This document shows, one piece after another, positions 10,101 through 20,300 of a stretch of 64,000 bases of DNA. Made by a program: the position numbers and the translations under genes. How positions within the stretch are numbered: position 1 is the first letter of the stretch; each line of letters opens with the position of its first letter. The stretch is from a virus (lineage: Duplodnaviria > Caudoviricetes), in IMG/VR virus record IMGVR_UViG_3300024255_001563, positions 64,001-128,000 of that record. One strand, given 5' to 3'. Below the pieces are notes generated by a model, which did no database searches, was not told the origin of the DNA, and was given only the letters and a program-made list of their open reading frames with translations.

Positions 10101-12663
10101 TTTCATTTGGATCAATACCTATTGAAACTGAACCAAATACTCCATATGAGTTATTACCGTTGGTTGCACGTATAATACCGCCATCTTCTGCTAGATATCC
10201 GATAGCTGCGTAATAGGTAAACACTGAAACAAGTTCTGCTCTTGCACCATTAGTTACCCAGGCACCTATGCCATCACTAATGACCTGTGTAAAATCGTTT
10301 GAAACAAATGATCTATTACCGCCGTTGTGTAGATTGCCATCAACTTTTTGTCCGATAGCAAATGTACCAAGAGTAGTAACACCTTGTATATATGGCGATC
10401 TATTATTAATCCAAACTGATTGATCGTCTGGACCCCAACCTGGATCTAATGCACAATATGCTCCACCGGTAGGACGTTGGTATAATTCAAATACATTAGC
10501 TTCATCAGGCGATCCAACTATACCGTCAACTGTCAGTTGTCTTATCCCGGTTGTATCTCTTAAATAGAACATATCAGGACCATTTGTACTACCGTTATAT
10601 CTATTATAATAAACTTCAGCTGCTCTTAGTGTTCTATAATTACCTTCGTATTTTAGATCGTAAAGTACAGAATCTATTAAAACAAGTATATCTCTTTTAA
10701 CTTTGTCCATATCATATGAGGCTGCATTTGTTTGTCTATATGCAAGTAATTCTGCTTGTAGCCATGCCTTATTTTGTTCAATAATATTAATTGCTGCTTC
10801 TCTATCAACATCTAATGTAGGAGCATTACTACCCGTAATTGTCGGCGCTGAGACCCCTGTATCATTTATATAAAATTCTAAATAATCTACAAAGTTAGTC
10901 AATAGTGCAACTGCTGCGGTTGCAACTTCTGATGTTGATGGAGCAAAATCAGTCGATAGTACTAGATCATTTCCGACAGTATTTTCAATTTCTACCAGCG
11001 TCAAAAAGTCTTCCATAATTTCTGACCAACGAGTTATATATCCATCTTTAGCAATAGGAAAATCATCAGCATAATCGCTATCAGGACCAGCTGCTTGAAT
11101 CGTAGTACTTCGTAGTTCGTCTCCCATAATTGTACAACCAGCAGGAACTGTGATAGGTAAAGTTTCATAATACCTTCCAGTACTAACTCTAATTTTTACC
11201 GGTGTAAGCGCATCATAATTACTTAATACAAATTCAGATGCATATTGTATTGTTTTAAATGGTTTTTCAGATTCTAGACCGTATCCAGTTTGATCTTTTC
11301 CGTGCATTGATACATAAACTACATCCGAATCTGAAATCCAATCTCTATAATATAATTCAATATCAGAGTCTACACTTAAAAATTCTTCGTAATTGCCGAT
11401 TGGCACATTAGTAGGTCCTTTTGTAGAACCGTCTCCAACGTTTCCTCTACTTAGACCATATGTAAGTAGATCACCTTCATCTTCTAATCCTGCATCTAAA
11501 CCAGCTTGAATAAATAATTCCCAGTATTCAAATCCGCTGCCGTTGTCACCTGGAAAATTATTATCTGCACTTATATGTTGTTCTACACAATTCCATGTAC
11601 TACCTTTATAAATTACAAGATCGTTTGGATAATATTGGTTTGCAATATTCCAAACATTATTCCATTTTACACTAGGGATTAATTTTTCCCATATACTCGG
11701 ATCTAAGAAATCGTTAGTCGATCCGTCAAGTTCTTCAACTTCTGAAACTGCAATGTAAACATCTCCACCACGTTGAATAACATCACCTGGTTTATAGTTA
11801 GCATTAATACTATAATCGCCTTTAAAGTTATATGAATATGAAAGTAATACCCAAACCGACGATCCTTTATCTTTAAATGGTTTTTGATTTGTATTATTTT
11901 GTATAGCATAATATGCATTACCGCTATAAATTACAACATCACCTATTTGATAATATGTAGCAGAATTCCATTCTCCGTCAAAATCAAAACCTGGTAACTC
12001 TACTACAAATTTTGTAATATCTATGTCATTTAACCCTGCTGTATGAGATTCAGTACAACGGTATAAAGTGCCACCGCTTCTTACAAGGTCGTTTTTTCTA
12101 TAACTTACGCCGCCAACAAATTCGCCTGCATAAGTTGTATTATCTAAAAATACTTCCCAGGCAGCAGCATTATCTTCTAACAACGTACCAGCAGCGTGTG
12201 CAGTTACACATTTATATGTAATACCATTATATCTTACTAGTGCGCCTGGAACATAATCTGCAGAACTGTCCCATGTACCAACATATGCTTGATGAGATCC
12301 TACAGACGTCCAGTTTTCTGATTGAGAACTGAATGCAGTAGCAGTATGATTTGTTGTACACTCCCAAAGTGTACCTTGATAAAATATAACATCGCCTAAG
12401 TCGTACGATGTTGCTTGCGACCACGGCCCAACGAATGAGCGGCCGCTTGTCATAACTCTCCATCGCGGATCTGCTAATGGTGGAGATGATTCTGGTACAA
12501 TGTAATCTAAATCTTCTCTAAAATCTGTAGACGCAGTATGTCCTACAAGACAAACATAAGATCTACCTTTTACTCGTATAATATCGTCTCTACTATATAC
12601 CGTGCCAGTGACCCAGTCACCTCGCCATACATACTTAAATCGTTCTAACTTAAACTCTGCCAT
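7174..12663 (-). CDS. Giant virion fibre/structural protein (1829 aa), paralog of 99..7124
   Basis: Same MAEFKL start and CBM-like repeats; SPYIQGVTT and NDFTQVISDGIGA blocks; six S.D..W Asp-box-like repeats; same conserved C-terminus. Confidence 0.8.
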   Translation of the reverse strand: MAEFKLERFKYVWRGDWVTGTVYSRDDIIRVKGRSYVCLVGHTASTDFREDLDYIVPESSPPLADPRWRVMTSGRSFVGPWSQATSYDLGDVIFYQGTLWECTTNHTATAFSSQSENWTSVGSHQAYVGTWDSSADYVPGALVRYNGITYKCVTAHAAGTLLEDNAAAWEVFLDNTTYAGEFVGGVSYRKNDLVRSGGTLYRCTESHTAGLNDIDITKFVVELPGFDFDGEWNSATYYQIGDVVIYSGNAYYAIQNNTNQKPFKDKGSSVWVLLSYSYNFKGDYSINANYKPGDVIQRGGDVYIAVSEVEELDGSTNDFLDPSIWEKLIPSVKWNNVWNIANQYYPNDLVIYKGSTWNCVEQHISADNNFPGDNGSGFEYWELFIQAGLDAGLEDEGDLLTYGLSRGNVGDGSTKGPTNVPIGNYEEFLSVDSDIELYYRDWISDSDVVYVSMHGKDQTGYGLESEKPFKTIQYASEFVLSNYDALTPVKIRVSTGRYYETLPITVPAGCTIMGDELRSTTIQAAGPDSDYADDFPIAKDGYITRWSEIMEDFLTLVEIENTVGNDLVLSTDFAPSTSEVATAAVALLTNFVDYLEFYINDTGVSAPTITGSNAPTLDVDREAAINIIEQNKAWLQAELLAYRQTNAASYDMDKVKRDILVLIDSVLYDLKYEGNYRTLRAAEVYYNRYNGSTNGPDMFYLRDTTGIRQLTVDGIVGSPDEANVFELYQRPTGGAYCALDPGWGPDDQSVWINNRSPYIQGVTTLGTFAIGQKVDGNLHNGGNRSFVSNDFTQVISDGIGAWVTNGARAELVSVFTYYAAIGYLAEDGGIIRATNGNNSYGVFGSVSIGIDPNETPINTSVDNTNNDAIVNNVYAGEFQDEVFLFEYVHCGQNYTTATADVVGAGGGIDVVFDQITDGSIFQSRLLNEGSGLAGGSGYSVYGNNAQVGNTTQITLAQSDNNQDDTYNGMRILIVSGDGTGQYAIVDDYVANTKVATVRKESTGEPGWDHIVPGTTIEPALSNNCVYRIEPRIVVSDPGFEKEAGTLPNERTFKDLIHGETSQNYAGITLGFGTGEIDASVVPTGAVVNVLRSGQHYEVTIVNPGSGYAIGDEITILGSDLGGQTPANDCVIRVTANSDDSTNSIQGIVTTGTALSGIYVAVAQPNFIVYSADAQDWNETFINRVRNWHTLANGNGKFVLIADDDDRVGVSSDGINWTFEQLPANEAWSDVVFAEGKFVICAEDSNTVISSTDGVTWTQATIPDDTLGDSTASQWTNIAHGGGRFVVIAGNDRAVAYSEDAITWTRLDTALPAGAFAWVGLTYGKNRFVAVDRDGATVYSLDLGLTWAQGPDMPLEDGSTTMKWNKVKFANGSWFALSNTDGQIIGADATPATGATSWVATSSDGYNWQGRDMFWVKDYSALTYNTLSGKPTWVVLANNSTIQGWHKVRTGAQAKFRAVVNGSQLSTMEIWDPGSGYVEGENDPTLTIFDNTYTSEVLYNLRLGDGVLGQPTFRNRGTGYRTSTTRVTITGDGFADIVPEGTLVTLIGVPAEIPGPGAQLRFTTIEDLDTEEEGDLKIYTVSTITDLGDDGQNAGTKRARFQITPSLQIEDGLQTGTTCEIRTQYSQCRISGHDFLDIGTGNFQETNYPAIYRDGNFFVAAPEYEVFEVDGGRVFYTSTDQNGNFRGGELFAVEQATGIVTISAEFFNLDGLSELALGGVRLGGSGTVVREFSTDVNFTEDSNNVIPTQRAIATFFSNRLSQGGSEIATNNLQAGVVLIGSEANRIDVVEGELFIPVPVHFNGGEGYGIQGSMLAQTMFLRQSFFNEDRA

Positions 12664-12674
12664 TTATCTTTTCC

Positions 12675-13109
12675 TTAGTACTCTGCACCGCCGGACAACT
12701 GTCCTACTACTACGCCGTCTAAACCTTCTCCGTATCCCGGACTAGATATTCCTTCTGGAAAATCATAACCTTCCGAAACTCTTAATACAAATTCGCCTGT
12801 ATCTGGGTCAATAAAATAGGTTAAACTTCTACCTTCCCATTTAAGTTGTGGATATCGAAGATTGTCATAAACAATATTATGTTCTTCATCAATCCCGTCT
12901 AAAAAATCAATTCCTTCTTCAAAATCTGGAAAGTTTTCACCTTCTACGCCGATATCGTTAATAACAACACTATTGCCTTCAGCAACTGATAATTGATCCG
13001 ATCTGATTAAGTATAGTTCACCATCGATATTTCTTCTTAGACCATAGAGGTATCTTTTAATAATACCTGCTAAAACGTCTTGTGGTGTATTACCTACATA
13101 ATGTGTCAT
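12675..13109 (-). CDS. Hypothetical protein in virion structural cluster (144 aa)
   Basis: Clean ORF with SD AAGGA, tightly packed in the operon. Confidence 0.65.
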   Translation of the reverse strand: MTHYVGNTPQDVLAGIIKRYLYGLRRNIDGELYLIRSDQLSVAEGNSVVINDIGVEGENFPDFEEGIDFLDGIDEEHNIVYDNLRYPQLKWEGRSLTYFIDPDTGEFVLRVSEGYDFPEGISSPGYGEGLDGVVVGQLSGGAEY

Positions 13110-13119
13110 TATATTTTCC

Positions 13120-13449
13120 TTACGTTATTTCAACGTAACTTACAATTACGTCTACTGCGTCATTTAAATTTGCACTAACAAGCAATTTATTTTCAGGAGC
13201 AATAATTAATTTTTCGCCCTGTTGTACTGCTCTTAAACTTGTGTTAGCTGGCAAAAGTGTATCTTTTAAATAAAATCCTGTATTACTTGTATCATCTTCA
13301 ACATATACGCTAATATATACAAAGTCAGTTGTTAAGTTTGTACAACTTAACCCGATAATTGTAAATCTACTTGTAGGTTCTGTTGCCACAATTTCTACTG
13401 GCTTTGATCCTACATTTTTGACTACTTTATTTCTAAAAAACGTTGCCAT
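13120..13449 (-). CDS. Small virion structural protein (109 aa), paralog family
   Basis: Beta-rich pattern ending EKLII.PEN.L.V...VDVIVSYVEIT, shared with 22678..23067 and 23068..23427. Confidence 0.7.
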   Translation of the reverse strand: MATFFRNKVVKNVGSKPVEIVATEPTSRFTIIGLSCTNLTTDFVYISVYVEDDTSNTGFYLKDTLLPANTSLRAVQQGEKLIIAPENKLLVSANLNDAVDVIVSYVEIT

Positions 13450-13460
13450 TTATTTCATCC

Positions 13461-16400
13461 TTATCCGAATATTACTGCCATTGTAATAGCAATATCTTCT
13501 GCATCAATTCTCGATATCGAACCAGTTTGCCCTGCAACAGATCCCCAAACTGATCCGTCATAAGCTTCAACTCTTCCGTCGGCTGTATTAAATCGAAGCA
13601 TACCTACTTCTGTGTATGCAGGATTTGGTCTATCTAAACTTGTACCTACCGGAAGTACAAATCCGTTTGATCCTGCTATTTTAACATAACCATTATTAGT
13701 ATTTACAAAAGTTGTAACACCGTCTTCTACAACGTTTGTAATTGTATTACTAGAAAATGCAAAATCTTCTAATACTACGCTACCTGTTCCTTGTGCAGAA
13801 AACTGTAAATCAACATCTGTATTAATTGTTGTAATAACATTAGTATCGATTTCTATATCATCAACAGTTACTCTGTTAACATCTAATTTTACACTATCAA
13901 GTGTTCCTATAACAGTATCTTCTACTATAAATCTGATAATATTATCATTTGCACCTTGTGTTGCTTCAGCAGTAATTCTTGTGTCACCGTCAACATCTTG
14001 TAAGCCATTTAGTTTAATCCAGTCACTACCGTCGTAACCTTCAAATCTTGTTAACTCAGAATTATATCTAATAATACCTGCTTCGGCTGTAGGTCTGCTT
14101 GCTATATCACCTGTTGGTAATTTTAACGAACCTGTTGAATTTATTTTAGTATATTCACTGCCAGGTTGTATAATTATATCACTAGCTGTGGAACTAATAG
14201 TATAAGAATCAATATTAAAATTATCGATAGTTATAAACCCTGCGCCGTTAGCTCTAAGCTCTAAATTTGCATCTGATGTAGTTGTTCTAATGTAGTTATC
14301 TGTAATTAAGATATCATCTACGTATGCACTTTCAACGTATAGATTCTTCCATATTTTATTAGCAAGACCTAAATTAAATGTACTAGTAACTGATGGTTTT
14401 ATATCTGAAGCAATTCCTGCAACTATTTGTATATTATCTGTAACTTCGTCGCCGATTACAATATTACCACCAATTGTAACGTTTCCGGTAACATCTAAGT
14501 CGCCGCTAATATTAACATTATTATTAAGATTAATTTGATCTGATGCTGCTGTAAAATTAACATCTCCTGATAAGCTTTCAAGAGTATTTCCGCTAATTCT
14601 TAAATTTCCAGTATCAATTTTATCAGCTAATATTGATGTAGTATTCACACCATCTGTAAATGTAAGACCTGTATCAGTATCAACATTAAAGTTTGCTGCA
14701 CTAAAAGTAACTTGTCCTGTGTCTTGATTTACGTAAAATAAATCACCAACTCTAAAGTCACCTCTATGGTCTACAGAATTATATCTCATTTTTGCATTAT
14801 TGAGTGCAACTACTTCATTTGCTTGAATTACTGTAGTAGGATCATTTGTAACTTCTTTACCGTTACCGATGTATGCTAAATTTTGTCCGATAGCATAAAC
14901 AATTACTCCAGGACCATTACCGTATAATCCGTAATTACCATATACACAAGCACTTCCTATCATACGTACTTCTGCGCCGAAATCGCTATAATCAGCTAAA
15001 GTAAATTGTGTTGCTACTGCGCCGCCACTAAATCTAATATCTTGCTGTTGAATAGTTTCGTCTGTGAACACAGTTGAACTGTCTTCACCGTTAAATCTCA
15101 TTAACAGTACAGTATCTTCTGTTGAATAAAGATTAACAATCGGTGCTGTAAAGTTACTTGTATATTGTGCTACACCTTTTTGGATTCTAAAATCATCAAA
15201 GTGAGCATTTGCCGATTCGGTACCATCATGTTTTGCACCTATAGTTAAAGGTTTTGCAACACCGTAATTATTGTTATCAGTATATGTTGACCCTACTTGT
15301 GTACCGTCTACAAAAAGTTTTGTATCTGTACCTGATCTAGTAATTGCAATATGATGCCACGTACTTGCTGTTAGAGCACTTGTTCCTAAAATTTTAACTG
15401 CACTATCTGTATAGTAAACTATATCACCTGTATTTGTTGTATATACATAGGGAGTAATATCTGCATCGATGCCTGCTCTAAAGTCAAACAATGTTTCATT
15501 AGTTGCTGGCAATGCACCATTTGAGTAATACCATGTTTCTATTGTAAAATCGTCTGTCCCAAATCCAAAATCATTTTGTGCTACAATAGTTAAGTAATCA
15601 CCTGATCCGCCTAAGTCTAAACTTGCACTACCGAATTTTTTAATATCTTGATCTATACTTGCTGCGCCGTTACCTGCAACAGTTTTGCCTATTCTAGAAG
15701 TAGGCGTTTCAAATCCTTCAGACTTTCCAGATATATAAATTTTACCATCTGCATCTACACTCGAAATTGTTCCGGTTGCTAGTACAGTTACACCGTCTGT
15801 ATCATAATATGTAATAGTTTCTGATGCAGAATACGATCCAGTAAGGTCTGATACTCTAAGTGCTGTTTCGCCAGCACTTTTCTTACCTAGTGTGCCGTCT
15901 ATTGCATATATGCCTTTATCTGCAAAATATGTAAAACAATTTAACCATTCTACTCTTACACCATTTGTTAGTGTTATTGCATCAACTCCGGGTGTGATAA
16001 AAGTTGCACTATGAAAAAGACAACCAGCTTCTTTTGAACTAGCATCCATTACACTACCATCTAGTAAAGCGCCTTTACCTGCATCACCCTGATTAAATCC
16101 TCTTGGATCTTCTGCTGTTGTTACACTACCAGTTGTAATTACACTAACATTTCTTATGTAAGGTGATCTAGTTGTAACAGTTGCAGCAGATGCAAATTTA
16201 AATGCATATCCTGGACTATAGAAATTACTTATAGTTAAGTCTTCAATTGTAACTTCACCGGTTAATAAAAATCCATCGTTATTTTGTGTAGCAACTGTAG
16301 GTATAATTCTTACAGAACGCATACTGTGACCTTTTACAGTTACCCCTGCAGGAACAGTTAACGGAAATATCTCAGTATATGTTCCTGGCGTAATATGAAT

Positions 16401-17186
16401 TGTATCGCCAGATGATGCTACACTAAGAGCTTGCGTTAAACTAGCATACGGATCTTGCGGATGTGTTCCTGAGTGTATGTCGTCTCCATTTTCAGAAACA
16501 TAATAAATATTTCCTTGGCGTAAAATAAGATCAATTCCGTCTGCTTCAATAGCAGTACTGTTTACTTCTTCTGCGTAGAAATTTTGTACGTAAATGTCGT
16601 TCCATCTTTTACCGCCAGAATCAGGATCACTACCTAATGTATATGTATCAGTTTGTGAAGGAATAATATTACTACTAAGTTCTGAATTAAATTCGATATA
16701 ATCTGTATCAGCATCGCCAATTGTAATAACACCGTCTGCTGTAATATTACCTGTAGCATAAATGTCGCCCTGTACATTCATGTCGCTATGTATTTCAACT
16801 CGTCCTGTACCCTGTGGGGCAAGTTCTAAATTAGCATTAGTAGTATTTGTTCTAATTCGATTACCTTCGATATCAATACTATCAATTGTTAATCTATTTT
16901 GATAAACTACGTTATCTAATGTGCCTAAGGCAAGTGTACTTGTAGCACTTGATATCGTGTTACCTTGTATTCTAACATCGCCTATTTCTGCTAAAGTAGT
17001 TACTTCTAGTGTAGGTGTTCTCGAAACACCGTTTACATCTAAATCGTACTGAGGTGTAGCGTTGTTAATACCGATGCGCTGGTTATTAACATCTAAATAT
17101 AGAAGATCCGTCTCAAAAGCTAGATTTACTCCCTCACGAAGTAAGTTTTGCTTTAAGAGCGGACCACTTATGCGACCTACAGCCAT
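13461..17186 (-). CDS. Tail-fibre-like virion protein with inserted LamG/concanavalin-like domain (1241 aa)
   Basis: YYVSENGDD motif; GVRVEWLNCFTYFADKG; LamG3-like segment (KFGSASLDLGG...DFTIETW...WHHIAITRSG...FDDFRI); two G.IRYN....FEGYDG..W motifs. Confidence 0.8.
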   Translation of the reverse strand: MAVGRISGPLLKQNLLREGVNLAFETDLLYLDVNNQRIGINNATPQYDLDVNGVSRTPTLEVTTLAEIGDVRIQGNTISSATSTLALGTLDNVVYQNRLTIDSIDIEGNRIRTNTTNANLELAPQGTGRVEIHSDMNVQGDIYATGNITADGVITIGDADTDYIEFNSELSSNIIPSQTDTYTLGSDPDSGGKRWNDIYVQNFYAEEVNSTAIEADGIDLILRQGNIYYVSENGDDIHSGTHPQDPYASLTQALSVASSGDTIHITPGTYTEIFPLTVPAGVTVKGHSMRSVRIIPTVATQNNDGFLLTGEVTIEDLTISNFYSPGYAFKFASAATVTTRSPYIRNVSVITTGSVTTAEDPRGFNQGDAGKGALLDGSVMDASSKEAGCLFHSATFITPGVDAITLTNGVRVEWLNCFTYFADKGIYAIDGTLGKKSAGETALRVSDLTGSYSASETITYYDTDGVTVLATGTISSVDADGKIYISGKSEGFETPTSRIGKTVAGNGAASIDQDIKKFGSASLDLGGSGDYLTIVAQNDFGFGTDDFTIETWYYSNGALPATNETLFDFRAGIDADITPYVYTTNTGDIVYYTDSAVKILGTSALTASTWHHIAITRSGTDTKLFVDGTQVGSTYTDNNNYGVAKPLTIGAKHDGTESANAHFDDFRIQKGVAQYTSNFTAPIVNLYSTEDTVLLMRFNGEDSSTVFTDETIQQQDIRFSGGAVATQFTLADYSDFGAEVRMIGSACVYGNYGLYGNGPGVIVYAIGQNLAYIGNGKEVTNDPTTVIQANEVVALNNAKMRYNSVDHRGDFRVGDLFYVNQDTGQVTFSAANFNVDTDTGLTFTDGVNTTSILADKIDTGNLRISGNTLESLSGDVNFTAASDQINLNNNVNISGDLDVTGNVTIGGNIVIGDEVTDNIQIVAGIASDIKPSVTSTFNLGLANKIWKNLYVESAYVDDILITDNYIRTTTSDANLELRANGAGFITIDNFNIDSYTISSTASDIIIQPGSEYTKINSTGSLKLPTGDIASRPTAEAGIIRYNSELTRFEGYDGSDWIKLNGLQDVDGDTRITAEATQGANDNIIRFIVEDTVIGTLDSVKLDVNRVTVDDIEIDTNVITTINTDVDLQFSAQGTGSVVLEDFAFSSNTITNVVEDGVTTFVNTNNGYVKIAGSNGFVLPVGTSLDRPNPAYTEVGMLRFNTADGRVEAYDGSVWGSVAGQTGSISRIDAEDIAITMAVIFG

Positions 17187-17286
17187 CTCTTTTCCTCAAT
17201 ACGGGGATCCTGTCCCTCCAACCACCTTACATTGCGGGTTGACCACAGTTTGTACCTGCAATACTTGGTCTATAGTGCATTAATAT

Positions 17287-17294
17287 TATTTATC
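17287..17294 (-). promoter_or_regulatory. T4-like late promoter followed by ~95 nt structured leader
   Basis: GATAAATA in the intergenic gap. Confidence 0.7.
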
Positions 17295-17305
17295 GTTTTT
17301 TACAA

Positions 17306-20300
17306 TTAACCTAGTAGAATGCTCCAAAGAGACACTTCTTCACGCATATAATCTTCTGTAACAGGATCTTCTTCAATACCCGTTCCGGGGATCCATGATA
17401 CATTATTCCAAACTTCTACACCTTTAATAGAAGGATTGTATCGGAATGCACCTATTTCTGGTCCAGGTCCGCTGTCTTCTGATACAGCAAGTACTAAATC
17501 AGTAACTGCGAATGCATTTAATCCTTTTTCATTTGTACCATTTTGAGAAATTCTAAATTTTATATTTGAAAAATCAACTGTCGAATCTTCGATGTTAAAT
17601 GTAATCTCAAAATCTTTCCATATAACAAATTCTGACCTATTTTCAATTTCCATTATTGGAGTTATTGTAACCATTCCGGCATCATCAGATCCGTCATAAG
17701 AGAACTCAAAATTTATATCGTCGCCTTCGTATAGTCTACTACCATTTGATCCGTCACCTAATATTAGTTTGCCTTTAAATCTTGCAGAGGTAAAATTACT
17801 TAAATCTAAACTATCAGTCACTGCATATCTAGTAGTGTTAGGTAAAATAGATGTATCTTCGTCAAATATATAATAATAGTTATTGCCATCAGGTGCATAT
17901 TCTACAAACTGATTTGTGTTTGTAGTAATTTTATATTGTATTTCTAGTTCCCAATTATTTGTCATACCAGAAACAAGAGTGTTTAGTGAACTCGGAACAG
18001 TTACTTCAACATTTATTCCATAATTTCCAGAGCCGCCTATTACTACTTGTGTTGGGAAAATACTTGCTTCTGTTCCTGTGTTAGAATATGTCCTAGTATC
18101 TTGCGGTACATCTCCAAACACTCCGGATATAGTCCAGTCTGTAGTATTACCGTTATCTTCAAATACACCTATTCTTGTTAGATATGTTGTTGCTGTGTCA
18201 TCGCTAGGCAATGTTATATCAACATATTCATTTGTATCTTGAAAGTTTCCTCTAAATCTTATTTGCGATAATTCTATATCGATTACATCTGAAATATCAT
18301 CTATACCAAAATCAATAAAATAGTTTTGTGATCCTGTACTAGTTGATCCTACTATCTGAGTATTAGTTACTGTTGTGGTGCCATTGCCGGTAGCAGTAGT
18401 TGTTGCTTGTGCAATTCTTACTCCGTTGTCAGATTCCCATAATGAACTTGCACTAATATCAGTCTCGGTAGATAAAGTATTAACATTGTCTGTTATTACT
18501 GTGCCAGCTAGTCCTATAATTGCAGCTAAAGTGCCTCCTGCTTTTACATAACCATTTTCACCACTTATAATTTCAAATGCACCAGCTGAAGGATTTGTCC
18601 AGGTCGTATTTCTAAAATATTCTTGATTATTAAGTGTTACCGTTCCTGTACCTTTTCTTCTAATCCAAAGATCAGCATCTGACTCAGAACTTGTAATTTC
18701 ATTATTATTAATTAAAACACTATCACTTTGTAATCCGGGTAGCGTAATACCTTCGTTGTTTATTTCTCCAACTTTTATAGCATTTATGTTAATATCAATA
18801 TAATTGTTTGTATCATTAGCAATTATACTAGTTCGTCTATCATCTGAATAGATGCCATCAAATGAAATTCTACCATCGCCGAAACCTTCAAAAACATTAT
18901 CTTCAGAACTAAATCTTAAAATTCCTACATCTTCAATTATTTCATCGTTTGTACCTACTGGTAGTCTTAATCCTTCCCCTTCAACAATTAAATTATTACT
19001 TGTAGTAAATTCAATATTTGTTGCATCAGTTGTTGTAATTGTGTTTTCTCTAAATCTAATTCCTTCAATTTCAACATAGCCTGCGCCATTTGATTGTAAA
19101 TTTAGATTAGCATCAGAAACAGTAGTTGTAATTGTAGTATCAAATATTTGTATATCGTCAATTACTATATTATCAGCATATACATCATTCCAAACTTTTG
19201 AATTACTACCTAAACTATGTGTTCTATCTTGATCGGGATAAAAATCTTGTTCTATGTTTACATTAAGATCTACAGTATCATCAGGATCATTACCTAGTCT
19301 AATCAACTCTCCTGAAATTGAAAGATCTCCTACAATATCTGTATTTTTATCAAATAATACATTTGAATTAAAGTTTGTAGTATTTGTTGCGCTATCAATA
19401 TTTAGATCACTTATTAGAGAATACATTGTTTCTCCTTCAAATCTAATATTTCCAGTTTCTACAAAAGATGTATTAAGTGTTGTTTGATCTGTACCGTTTG
19501 AGATTATAATTTGAGATAGTCCGTCTAGTGTAACATCCTCTGCATCAATACTTAATAATCCAGATTCTAAATCTACAAAAAATTCATTACCGACTTTAAA
19601 TTTACCCTTTTCGTCAGTGTTAGTTACATATATTTTTCCGCCATTAAGATCATTCCACTGTTGTTCTTCAATAACATCGTTAGGATCATTGTCTATTTTA
19701 TTTTGTGTACCTATGTATGCAAAATTATGATTAATAAGATACATAATTGTATCAGCACCGTCTGCATAGGCGCCATAGTAACCGTAAACATTAGCAGATC
19801 CAATACTACGAAGCTCTGCGCCATACTCTATAGTACTACCATCTGTACTAAGATGTCCTGTAGTGCCTCTTTCTGCAAATAAACCTTTGTCTGCAAAATA
19901 TGTAAAACTGTTAAGCCATTCTACTCGCACACCGTTAGTCATGTACAATCCAGTTACACCCGGAGTGATAAATGTTGCACTATGGAACAGCATACTAGCA
20001 GTCGGACTTGACGAATCGATAACGCCGCCGTCAACTGTTGCACCACTACCTGATTTAAATGCTGCTATTTTTAGTTCATAGCTATATGCAGTAGCTAATG
20101 TTATGCCGTCGGTTTCAAAATTACTACTCCTAAAAGGATATATGTCAGCATCTTTTGTAAGATTACGAAGATCATATCTGTAAAGGAAGTCAGTAGCCGG
20201 TCTATAAAAAAGATAATTGTCTACGATTGTATTACCGCTAACATTATTTGGTGTAGGAACTCCTGTCTTTGTTCCTGTAACACTTCCTGTGTTTAAATCA

